Assembly (NCBI GenBank): GCA_015680685.1
Contig: MNCI01000590.1
Coordinates: forward strand, 46,368 to 110,367
DNA: 64,000 nucleotides
Origin: Gnetum montanum
Taxonomy: Eukaryota > Plantae > Gnetophyta
Direction: 5' to 3'
In this document: piece after piece, positions 22,579 through 34,601 of the stretch
Numbering within the stretch: the first letter of the stretch is position 1
Layout of the letters: each line of letters begins with the position of its first letter
Notes under the pieces: generated by a model
Databases searched by the model: none
What the model was told of the DNA's origin: nothing
The model's input: the letters and a program-made list of their open reading frames with translations, nothing else
Made by a program: the position numbers and the translations under genes

Positions 22579-22946
22579 CAACAAGAATCAAAGACGCCAA
22601 GGCCAGAAACGTCGTGCAGTGCGTGAAACTTCATTCCGTGTTGGCCAGAATGACAATAATACTGCTCCATCACCACCTTTTGACTCTGTACTCCATATTT
22701 CGTGCTCATTATTGACTCTGTACTCCATATTTCGTGCTCATTATTAGCTTTCTGTTTCCTCGAAAATGAAATCCTCACGTGAATGACACAAAAGTGACAA
22801 CCGAACGCGCCCGCCGCCTGTCTGTCTTGTGAGAAAGTTCAAAGTTCAAAGCACATGACTGAAGAACAATGAAGAAATATCATGTTTAACAGTGATTAAA
22901 GACATTTGTTAACCAAGTGGTGGTACATAAATAGAGTTTAGTCTGT

Positions 22947-25619
22947 ATGTCATCCCCTCATCTGAGGAGAGTCGCATTTGGCAATACGTTGATGAGCATC
23001 ATGGAGTTGGATTCGATTTTGAGCATCATGCTTTGTGCACTAATAATGATTGTACTGGTGCCATGTTACTACTCTCTTCCCTCTGAAATGGAGATTCAAG
23101 CTTTGCTTGATTTCAAGGCAGGCATCACACATGATCCCAACCATTTTCTTAGCGGCTGGAATTATAGCAACCGTCATCAGCTGTGCTCCAATTGGTATGG
23201 AGTCTTTTGCTATGACGATTTTCAAAGAATAGAAAATGTGGGATTGGCGCAGAACGATCTCCATGGCATAATCTCTCCGTCTATATGCAATCTTACGTTT
23301 TTAAGAGTGTTGGATTTGTCTGGCAACAACTTTTATGGTAATGACTGATGACCCTTTCCCATCTCTTAAGCTGACAATTATATACTTGTTTCTGTCATTA
23401 AATTGTACGCTTATACAGAATTGCTATTATCGTGTTGTTATCCCTTTCTGTAACATCCCACATCAATTTTTGGGTAGCATCCCTTCAGAGCTGGGTCACC
23501 TTTATTTGATCTAAGCGAGAACAATTTCCATGGCGAGATCCCCAATTCATTGACAAATTGTTCTTCTCTTCAATATTTGATATTATATGAAAATGCCTTT
23601 TCAGGTTCCATCCCTCAGCATATCGGCCAACTGAAACATCTGCAGAGACTCAATCTCGAATATAATAATCTGGAGGGCCAGATCCCTCCATCTTTATCAA
23701 ACTGTTCTTCTCTTGAGTACTTGCAGTTATTTTCAAATTCGCTTAGAGGCACCTTACCAGCATTCATTTCCGCTCTTTCCAATCTTAAATGGATATCATT
23801 AGGGCAAGGCCAGGAAGCAGGGATATCATTAGAGCAAGGCCAGGAAGCAGGTGGTGGTCTTGAAGGTGCCATACCATGGCAGTGGGGGAACTTGTCCCAG
23901 CTCGAGCTACTATCCCTGAGATCACAATCCTTGACAGGCGATTTACCACAGCAACTCGGAAATTTGTCACAGTTATTAGTGTTAAATATAGAAGGAGACA
24001 TGCTCACAGGATACATACCTGCAGAGCTTGGCAAACTAAAAAACTTGAAGTACCTAAGTTTGATAGGAGGAAATCTCACTGGGCCGATGCCAGAAGAGCT
24101 CTGTTCTTTGACGTCTTTATGGTCCATGTACGTGGCAGGCAAATTAGAAGGCCATATTCCCGATTGTATTCACAAACTGCATAAGCTACAAAAATTTGGT
24201 CTGGTGGGCAATGATTTGAGTCAGGAAATTCCCCTTTCTATATGGGAGTTAACTGGGCTCCATATGCTGGAGATATCGGGAAGCAATCTTTCTGGAATCC
24301 TGCCACAGGAGATGTGCAATTTAACAAAGTTGCAGGTGCTGAACATCAGTGCAAACTTGCAAGGCCAGATTCCACACTGTATCGGCGGCATGAATAACCT
24401 GTCTTTTCTTATATTGCCCAACAACAAATTGAGGGGTCAAATCCCAAAAGCTATTGGTAATCTTCGCCACCTTCTTTATTTAGATGTTTCTAACAACAAG
24501 CTTTCTGGAACAGTGCCCTCTACTTTGAGAAACTGCAGGCAGCTGTACTCCTTGTTGATTTACCAGAACAACTTCAGTGGAGAATTTCAGGTGGTACTGC
24601 CACCTTCCTTGACGGTGCTGTCTGCCTTTTCAAATGGATTTTCAGGGTCTCTCTCTAGGCTACTGGTGGGATGCAAGAACCTTACAGTGCTGGATCTCAG
24701 AAATAACAGCTTAAGTGGCTCACTGCCAGAATCTGTGAGGGAAATGAAAGGGCTGAAGGCATTGAATTTGGGCCACAACAGGCTGGAAGGAGCCATTCCT
24801 GCATGGATAGTCAATTTGACAGAGCTACAGCTGCTGGATTTATCCAACAATCGATTTCAGGGCCGCATTCCAAAGCATCTGGGATTGCTCAAGGGATTTC
24901 AAGACGCTTGGAATATCACCGTGGGAGACGCAGATGATGGAATTCAGCAAACGATAGGGAGGCACCACTTTGATCTGGACATAAATGCCTATCATCCAGA
25001 AACTCTCAGAATGATTTTCACCCAAAAAGGACTGGAACTGTTGAACGAGCACATGGTATCCTACAACAATGTGCTGGATCTGTCGTGCAACCGTCTGATT
25101 GGTTCAATTCCGGATAGCATTGGAGACCTGGGCAAATTAAGGCTGCTCAACCTGTCTCATAACATGTTGACAGGCCATATTCCTGCTAGCATATCCAATT
25201 TAACCTGTCTGGAACAAATCGACCTGAATTCTAATAGATTGTCTGGCAGTATCCCTCAGGAATTAAACTCTCTCTATTTTCTGGGTGTTTTCAATGTGTC
25301 AAACAACCTTTTATGCGGCAAAGTTCCCACTTCTACGCAGTTCACCACGTTTGAGGAAAGTTCATTTGCAGGGAATCCATGTTTATGTGGATATTCTAAA
25401 AATCATACATGCCCTGAGCCAAAAACGCCTGGCTCAAATAATGCAGCATCAGCAGCTGGAGACAAAAACAAAAGCAATCACGGATGGTGGGAGTGGCTGT
25501 ATGAACATGTGTCGCTCATAGCATTGGGATTAGGATTTGGATTATCTTTTGGGGGAGTTATTGTGCTGTATTTTCATTGGGATGCTTTTCAGCGGTTCTA
25601 TGGTAGATACCTCATCTAG
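22947..25619 (+). pseudogene. LRR receptor-like protein (Cf/RLP-type, no kinase); two exons, probably disabled at the exon 2 junction
   Basis: Exon 1 (22947-23337) has a hydrophobic signal, LRRNT (ALLDFK..LSGW..CSNWYGVFC) and the first LRRs, with donor G|GTAATG. Exon 2 has about 20 plant LRRs, an island domain ending QKGLEL, GNPCLCG, a GxxxG transmembrane segment and a short tail. The expected acceptor before GTAGCATCCCT reads GG (23472-23473), and GSIPSELGHL runs into TAA at 23512, out of frame with DLSENNF. Confidence 0.88.
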
Positions 25620-26734
25620 TTCCGCATGTTTTGCTTTTTATTTAGGCTACATGGAACACAAGGTCTCAGGTGTACGGGCTTGATATATTTTAGAAAATAA
25701 TATGTACCAGCAATGGTGGTTAACATTGCTATATGTAATTTCCCATGGCCATTTGGCAATAAAATATTTGTATCTAATTCTCCGGTTGGAGGCACTAGTG
25801 AATGCTTCTTGAGGTGTGATGTAATGATATTATAAGTTGTGCTTAACCAATGTTCAAATTGCAAATACATAGGGAATTTCATAGGTTTTGTAAATACTTA
25901 TGGAATTTCTCATGTTTTTTTAACTCTGTATGTATAGATAGGATTTACTAGGTAAGAGTGTCTCATTATGAGGCTACTTCATTGGTGCCACACCCAACTT
26001 TTGATTGCCGGATTCTCCAAGTAACAAATCAATAGATTCCATCAATTATATTTAGAAAAGTATTTAGTTTGTTGATTGTTAGAGTTTTACTTATATTAGT
26101 CTTGAGATTCATGTCAACTCCATCATTTCTATTGTGTGTTTTTTTTCTTTTTGAGGTGCAATCTACTTAGATTCATGAATCCATCAACACAAAATCCTCA
26201 AATTCACCTAACCAAATAGACACTAAACCTTGTACTAAATCATGAATAGTAAGGCACTTACTATAGAGCTATTTTTCAGACACATTCACGTTGTTGATGT
26301 TGCTTTTAGTATTGTTTGTTGTGCTTATCCTCATGAATGGTAAGGCACTTACTATAGAGCTATTTTTAGATATTACATTTTCATGAAAAATAAGAGTTCA
26401 AAAAAAAATTAGAGTACCATCATTTGATGCTAGCTTGTTACCTTGTGAACTAATAAGGTAAGAATTTAACCTCCCCTTCAACACATGCTTGAATTAAAAT
26501 AGTTAGGATTAAGTACTATTTTTTAACATCTATCATTAGTTTATATCGTGAGGATCAACACCGAGAGGTTCAATGCTCATCTTGTCAAAGTGGAGAGATC
26601 ATAGGAAAGAAAGGCAAGGAATGGCAAGGAATGAGCCTAAACTATTTATCCCAAGCTTTAAACCAAGCCTTACCAGCTTTAGAAATAAGCACCGATAAAT
26701 CAGGAATAATATCCCACGGCGTGTAACTTCTTAT

Positions 26735-26935
26735 AAATGCAATGCAATGGCAGTTGTTTTTGTTTAAATAATAAATGTAATGCAATGGCAGTTGTTATTG
26801 TTTAAATAATAAATGTAATGCAATCGCAGTTGTTTTTGTTGTTTTTGTTTAAATAATAAATGTAATGCAATCGCAGTTGTTTTTGTTGTTTTTGTTTAAA
26901 TAATAAATGTAATGCAATCGCAGTTGTTTTTGTTT
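26735..26935. repeat. Minisatellite, 4-5 units of 40-49 bp (AATAAATGTAATGCAATSGCAGTTGTTTTTGTTTAAAT)
   Basis: Directly visible tandem units just upstream of the YIP4-like locus. Confidence 0.9.
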
Positions 26936-27366
26936 AATATTTAATTTCGGATGATCCGTTAAAACATTGCGGTTCGCCCTGTCTGCACAGATTGCGGCAT
27001 TTCAACACAAAACCAGAACCACTGGACGCAACAAACGCAGAATCTTGTTTCACATTCTGTCTTCCGAATCGGTCAGACGGATACCTTGTTTTTGATTTCG
27101 ATTCATAAAATTTCATCTGAGACAAGTAAGTTCTGCAGAGATTGTACCATCTTTTAGGATTTTTAAGTTTATCTTCAATCTGCTGAATATTTTTGTTAAT
27201 TTCCCTTTAATTTCCCTTTAAAATGACTCCGTTTCGAAATCTCAGGTTGTTGTTGAACAGCGTATCATAATTCTGAATCAAATCATCCTGCAAAACCTCC
27301 ACTATCAAGATCTAGAGCATTGGAGAAATCGATAAACCCTACCTTGAAGGCGAATTCGACAGAAAA

Positions 27367-27871
27367 ATGGCGGACAGCGATACCGTGCCTCTACATCCGA
27401 GATCTTCACAATCTGATATTGACGAAATTGAGAATCTCATCAATGTGAGTGTTCAGCCGGTGACTTCAGCAGTTCCAATATCATCATCTGCAATTGTTCC
27501 TGTGGCGAGACCAGAAAGCCCTCCCAGGGCTTCAATTCCGGTATCTTCATCTTCCACATATACGCAGAAAATATCATCATCATCGAATCTAGTTATTCCT
27601 TCTGTGCCTGCTGGCAGCAATGGTGGGTCTGGTAACAGATCCGGAGGGATTGCTTCGGATGGTTTTGTTTTGGTTTCAAACACTCTGAATGAGCCTGTGT
27701 GGAAGACGATCAAGAGAGATGTTCTCAGTATCTCCAACATTCTGAAGCTGGGCGTTTTCCGAACCCCTACTGTGAGGATCCTGGAAAGGCTTGAGAGATT
27801 GGGATCTCTGGGGTCCCTTTTTCTTCATTTTTCTGGGGCGCATGCTTTCCTGGTCTACCTCGATTGATAAG
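27367..27871 (+). pseudogene. YIP4: Yip1-domain protein (YIP4/YIPF6-like), first coding exon, frameshifted
   Basis: [22 protein letters not shown] and [14 protein letters not shown]. After frameshifts: [28 protein letters not shown] probable 5'UTR intron spans about 27126-27245 (GTAAGT..CTCAG). Downstream exons were not found and may lie in the N gap. Confidence 0.85.
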
Positions 27872-29617
27872 GGTAGTACCATGGTTGTTTTTTTAAATTG
27901 TTGTTTGCACAGAATGCTGCAATACCACTGGTACATAATTCATTTCTGGAATTTATTCTTAGTTTATTAGTTGAAGATTGAAATTGGGTATCATTTTCAA
28001 TGTCAGAAATGTTGAAAGATTGCTTAAACATAATTATGGAAACTGGAAACTGGAAACTGGAAATTTTTATTATGTTCAGGAAATCACAAAGGATGTTGAA
28101 AACATCATTCATGTAAGCCAAAGAGGTGCAAAATAAAAATATATATTCTTCATCTTCTATGTTTTGTTTCTACAGTTTGCAAATATGCTCTTCTGTTGGT
28201 AAAATGATCCAATGACCTGTGTCAATAAGGAGATGATGAGAGCTCATTCTTGCTTTAGCACTTTGATTCCTTAAATGAATAGGAATAGCTGAGAATAGAT
28301 ACTATTGAGTACTAGATAACAAACTTGTCTAAGAGAATGCAAATAAAAATGCCTTTTTCCTGTTGTGTTCAACCAAACTTTGGCCAAAACATTATCTTTT
28401 ATAGTCTTTTGGAAAAGCCTTTTGTTTTAGGAAAAGCCTTTTGTTTTAGGAAAATCCTTTATTACAATATTCTATGACTAAAGCCATAATTTTCCTTGAT
28501 GCAGCAATCCATTTTCTTGTGTAGTATTCATCATCTTCTTAGCATAATTGACTTCCTTCATGTGACTTAATTTCTAAGTATAAGCAATAAAGTGGCTAAG
28601 GGTTTCAACTTCAAGAGGAACCAAATCTGTTTCTAAAAGTAAGAAATCATGAGAAGTCTGCATTTTTACTTGAAATTCACATGCAAAAAACTATTTTTGA
28701 ACATGCTTTAATTTTGTCCAATTACGTGTGGAAAGAGAAGGTCCCCATTCAACACACCCATATAATAATATAGGTTGGACAAGATTGTGAAAATGTTTCA
28801 TTCTGATCTCCCATGTCAAAATTTGTTTCCTATTACAATTATTTCTTATAGCAGTGTAGCAGTGCCTGTAAAGGCATCACTATATTCTAACAGTAGATCA
28901 CTGGCAAATGCATAGTTCAGTAGCTTAAGACAATAACTATACCAAAAAATATATGTAAAACTCTCCCTAAAAAAGTTCAGTGAATAGTAAAGAAAATCAA
29001 GAGTTGGATATTGTCTATGTCCATGATTCATTTTTGGATGGGTCTTCATCATCACATTCTTAGCATTTTGCTTTTCAACATGATACTGAGTGTTCTTTGT
29101 TATAACAGTTCCACAAATTTAAATACTCATGTTTTCTGTAATGTTATAGATAATTCAAGTCATTTCAGGTAGTGTGAACGGGCCTGTGAAGAGTTCTAAA
29201 AGTTTTATGTTGTAAAATTAACTTAAACTTACTAGATAATTGATGACTTATTTGATTTGTTGAGCCGTGCTCTTGATTTCTTTATTTCAGGCACTTAAGT
29301 TATGGTTGTATAAATATATTATGTTTTTATTGTTGTTTATCAGCACCAATAGAGAACACAATTATTACAGATGCACAGAGTTCAATTTTAAAAATAAAGG
29401 GTGAGGACTAGATCTTGACTCATGAGATGACACTTTTAACCCAGTCTTTACAACTTATCAATACATAAAGGTCTTAAGCCATCATTTGATTTTGACATTG
29501 AAAAAAAAAACATTTTTCGATTTAGGTAACAAAATTGATTGTGAAAATACCTAAATTGATTGTGAAATTATGTTGATGCATGCATGTGGACTTTCCAATT
29601 ATTCATGTGTATAACAN

Positions 29618-30135
29618 NNNNNNNNNNNNNNNNNNNNNNNNNNNNNNNNNNNNNNNNNNNNNNNNNNNNNNNNNNNNNNNNNNNNNNNNNNNNNNNNNNN
29701 NNNNNNNNNNNNNNNNNNNNNNNNNNNNNNNNNNNNNNNNNNNNNNNNNNNNNNNNNNNNNNNNNNNNNNNNNNNNNNNNNNNNNNNNNNNNNNNNNNNN
29801 NNNNNNNNNNNNNNNNNNNNNNNNNNNNNNNNNNNNNNNNNNNNNNNNNNNNNNNNNNNNNNNNNNNNNNNNNNNNNNNNNNNNNNNNNNNNNNNNNNNN
29901 NNNNNNNNNNNNNNNNNNNNNNNNNNNNNNNNNNNNNNNNNNNNNNNNNNNNNNNNNNNNNNNNNNNNNNNNNNNNNNNNNNNNNNNNNNNNNNNNNNNN
30001 NNNNNNNNNNNNNNNNNNNNNNNNNNNNNNNNNNNNNNNNNNNNNNNNNNNNNNNNNNNNNNNNNNNNNNNNNNNNNNNNNNNNNNNNNNNNNNNNNNNN
30101 NNNNNNNNNNNNNNNNNNNNNNNNNNNNNNNNNNN
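29618..30135. other. Assembly gap (N run)
   Basis: Run of N. A second gap lies at 12951-13099. Confidence 1.
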
Positions 30136-33100
30136 NTCAGGATTGATTAATATGTGAAGTGTATGCTTTAGCTTTAAAAATGTTAGTGATGAATGAGGCA
30201 GGAGTAGGTTAGATATATAGAAATGAATAGCAGTAAGGTGTTATATTAGCTGAATTGCTAGGCGTAACAAGATGTTAATATCTAAGTGGGATAAGTAAAA
30301 AGTTCTTGAAAGTAAATTTTCAAGGCTTACATAGTGAAGGAAATCGAGGTTATTCAATGTTTTGATATTTGAACTTGTTAATGCATTTCAATGTTTCTTT
30401 AATCGTTTTGTTGTTAATGTATTCTACATAGTACTAGCCCATTTTTTGAAATCCACAGGCATTTACTGTGCAACTATGGTCAGCATGGGTGGTAAAATGG
30501 GATAAATCCAGAGAATGTTAGTTTGCCATCTTACAATGTGAGCTAAAGTATATTGATTTAAGCTCTAAGCTCTACACATGACCAGTTACAAATCCATAAG
30601 TCATATCATTTAGGTGGTGGTGACAGTTGAAAGTCTTCATCTTATCTATGTACTTTATTTTATCATCATTGGATGTATTATTTTTATATTTTATTATTGG
30701 GATAAGAACTGTCTACATTCTTACAGCCAGTAGACCACTGAAAACCATCATTGTTGAATGAAAGTTCAGAGTTTTATAGGTCCATATTCATCATCAATCT
30801 GGGGCATCCATCTCTAGTTGATATGGTTAGATCTGTATTATAGGATTAACATAACTCTTAAAATATTATTTATTTTGGTTATGTGATCAATTTGACTTGT
30901 GATTTTGTTTTGGCTGATTTTGGCTGAGTGGCCAATTACCAATTGGCAACTAGAAGCTGCCACTTTCTCACACAAACTAATTTTTTGTCATAATGGCAGC
31001 ATAATTCAAAGAAGGTCACTTGTTACAGATTAAGGGAAAAAAATTTAAGCATTTCTTAATTCAATGATATCAAATAAAAAGTTATTTATGTTACAAAGGA
31101 AAAGTTTCCGAGGTGTCGACTCCAATGGTTTGGGATGCAGAGCGAAGCTTGAATTTGCAAAGAGTGCTTTACAATCCTAATGGCCTCATCCAGATTTATC
31201 TTGGAATTTGAGCTCATCAGCAATTTGCTTCTATCATAGAGTAATGATCATAAACATGTTTTCTGTAAAATACTAAATTTGAGAAGCAACATTGTAATGT
31301 CTGATTGCATTAGTTTTAAAATCCCTGGAACTACCAATTTTTCAAAAATAGGAAACATCAAGTTGGTGGGTACCTGCTACTTGATAAATAATAGCAGGCT
31401 AGTTTATGCTTGATTTTTATATGATCTCTAATAAAAATGATTTTCATAGCACACAAATTTGTTTGCTAAAGCCAGAAGGTCTAAACTATAATCTCTCACT
31501 ACATTAGTCTTTGAAGTCTCAATGCCCTTTGTTTGCGATTCCCAAAAGCATCAATCTTTTAAAATATGAAACATCGCCTTTAAATGCCCGAGCTTAACTT
31601 TGAAAGGCCACAAAAGGTACTAACATTGGGAAAAAAAATTGACATTCTCTAATATTCCAAGTTGATTTTTACATTTTTATAAAAAAGTAGTGTATGGCAT
31701 CCAAAGGAAAGTAAATTAAGAATATATTTGTTATCAAAACCCAAGCATGAAAAACTGGAGGAATATTTACTGGTAATAACAATTGCGGCAAAAAAACATT
31801 ACACCTGGATGTTTGAATACTTTAGTCAATGCCATGATGCTTGCATATGTGCCTTGTCACTGTATTGCTCTGCTCTGAGTAAGCAATGGTGTTGTTCTGC
31901 CTTTCTACAGGCAATATTTATAGGGGATACTTGAGTGAGGGCTAGATACATTGAACTTGAGTACAGTCAATGCCATGATGCTTGTATATTGGTCTTGTCA
32001 CTGTATCTGCTGTGTCTCTGAGTAAGCGATGTTGTTGTTTTGCCTCTACAACATTACACAAGCGATATCAGAGTATTCAGTATCTTTCTTAACACGCAAG
32101 TTGAAGTGTGAATGTGCTTCCTTAACGTGCAATTCCAAATGTGAATGTAATAATTCTATCAATGCTCTGTGGGCTTTCTGTGGTAAAATAGTTTTGTATT
32201 ATCCAATCCATATGCTCAGGCATCTTTCCCTACCATTTGATAAGATATGTCCCTCGAAGTGCATGAATGCTTCACTGAAAAGCTTTTTTAAAATTGCTTG
32301 GGCAGCGTGCACGATTTCAATAATTGTAGTGCGACCCATCAACATGGATCCGTGATAACCAATACTTTTGCTTTGTATCATCTAAACCTTATTTGCTTTG
32401 TATCAGCTTTGTACAATAATTTTTCTTCTCTGATTTTAAGACTTTGCGTTGCCGTTGTTGCTTAGAAGGTGATTTGGCATGTGCAAGCTGCATGAATGTA
32501 ACTTCATCGGAATAATGAAACTAAACTTTTAATTTTTTTTATTTACTTTCACTGAGACCCTTAGACAATTTTTAGAATTTTAAACTTTTCTTTTAACTTA
32601 TAATTTAGTACTGACTCGTGGAATCTAACTTGCATGGCTGTTCCTAAGCTAAGGCTCTCATCACTAAACTAACACCTTAATATTAAAATTATAATATTAC
32701 CTTTCCTCACCAAATATTATGATGCTTAAACTATGGATCTCTTTATAATTTAATATTCCTCCAAATACTCATCTGAACACCCATAGTTATAAAGTGAATT
32801 ACTGAAAATATCTTAATTTGTCAGATGCTACATGTGTATTTATGCTCTATTTTAATTGATAAAACATTTTTCAAAGCTATTAATATGTTTAGCAAGACAA
32901 ATATTCATTTATTAAAACATTTTTCAAAGCTATTAATATGTTTAGCAAGACAAATATTCATTTAATCTATTCAACCTAACATGTGCAAGGACATGCAAAT
33001 GCAATTTATTTAATCTATTCAACCTAACATGGGCAAGGACAAGCAATTTATCTGCTGACAAATTAACAGTTCACCTAATGTTGATTAACAATTTACCTGA

Positions 33101-34601
33101 GGTTCAGGTTACTCGCCAAATGTTATGAATTCAAACGTTTTACATGATAAATAAATTACAATACACAGGAGTTTGAAATTATTGAATCTTATTTTGTAAG
33201 AAAAGTCATTTAAAGCAGTTTACGCTGACTATATATAAACTATTTTTTTGCCGGCAAAAGAAAATTTTAAAACTTCTGAAACGACATCAGCAACCTTCGC
33301 AGTTCGTATTAATCAGGCAACGTATCAGAAACTCTGGGATGTGCAGTACCGTTGCGATTTGCAGGGAAGAATAGATCGACCATAGAATATCGAAGCAGCA
33401 AAATATCAAAGATGCTGGGGCAACAATTATACCAAGAAAGGTCTCGCTAAGTCCAGGATGTGGTGTTCAAAGAAATTGAAAAAGTTCTGGGCCACGCCGA
33501 CTAGATAATTACGGGAAGAATTTTGTTCAATTCAGCTCACTCTGTTTTAACAAATAAATAATCCTTTCCGTTCTTTTCTTTGGCTTCACTGAGAAAGATG
33601 AAAACAATCATTCCGATTCTTTTCTTTGGATTTACTGAGCACGCATTCAGTTTTCAGTGAGTTTCCACAATAAAACTTTAGTTTCCTCGAGTTTCTGTTC
33701 AGGTAGCGATACATTTTTTTATTCTAATGTATGACTTTCCAGGAACGAGTGATGGTTCTGCTGAATAAGGACAAGATGGAGCACCAAGTCGCCAATGCCC
33801 TATGCCCTAAAACAGGATCTCGGCACTGAAAAGTCAAAATTTTGCCCAAAGTTGGCAGTCATCCCAAAGATTTATTACTGTAACCATATAAAATGTCATT
33901 AACTATATCTCTGAGCTCTCAGCTATAAAGCATCATCTGTTATCAATGAAATAATCTCACCTGCAAGAAAGGACTCGGCCGTCAACGAAAATACGATTAC
34001 ATTACGAACAAGAGCCCATATCCATCAATCTCACCTTCTGCAGAATACTGAATCACAAATTTTTAATTCCTCTTTGAAAATTCATTACACATCCAAATTT
34101 AAAATTTAGGGAAAAGTTGAGATCGACTCATGGTAAAGTTCAATCCATGAATCTGAAAACTTACAATACATTATGGCAAAACAAGCTCTTCAACCACCTG
34201 CACTGGAACATCCACCATTACTGCAGAAACTTTGGCTTGATTCTGCCATTCAACAAAGACAACTGTGGTTGGAGATGGAGTACTCGTTTTCCACTATACT
34301 TTTCTTCCATCCCAAACTGAAAATTCCAATTCCAATTCCAGTAAGCAAGAAACCCAACAAAAAGAGGAGCCCCCGATCACCACATTTGAGAAATAAACCT
34401 GCTCTTCTTCGGTGGCTAAAAAAATCTCATCTCCAAACTCTGCAGCAGTGCGACTCAAATCCTTGCCAAAATCTGGCAAGAACAAATTCTTCAAGTAAGA
34501 ACAAATTCTTCAAGTATTGATTCATTGACACTATTTCAGTTTGGGGCCTAGCCTCAGCCATCCCCAGACCCATTCCTAGGATTTTTTATATAGATGGTTC
34601 A

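Noticed and set aside
23615-25052. Minus-strand and alternate-frame ORFs over the RLP
   Set aside because: Shadow ORFs of the LRR coding strand with no independent motifs.
29580-30150. 188-aa ORFs
   Set aside because: Artefacts of translating through the N gap.
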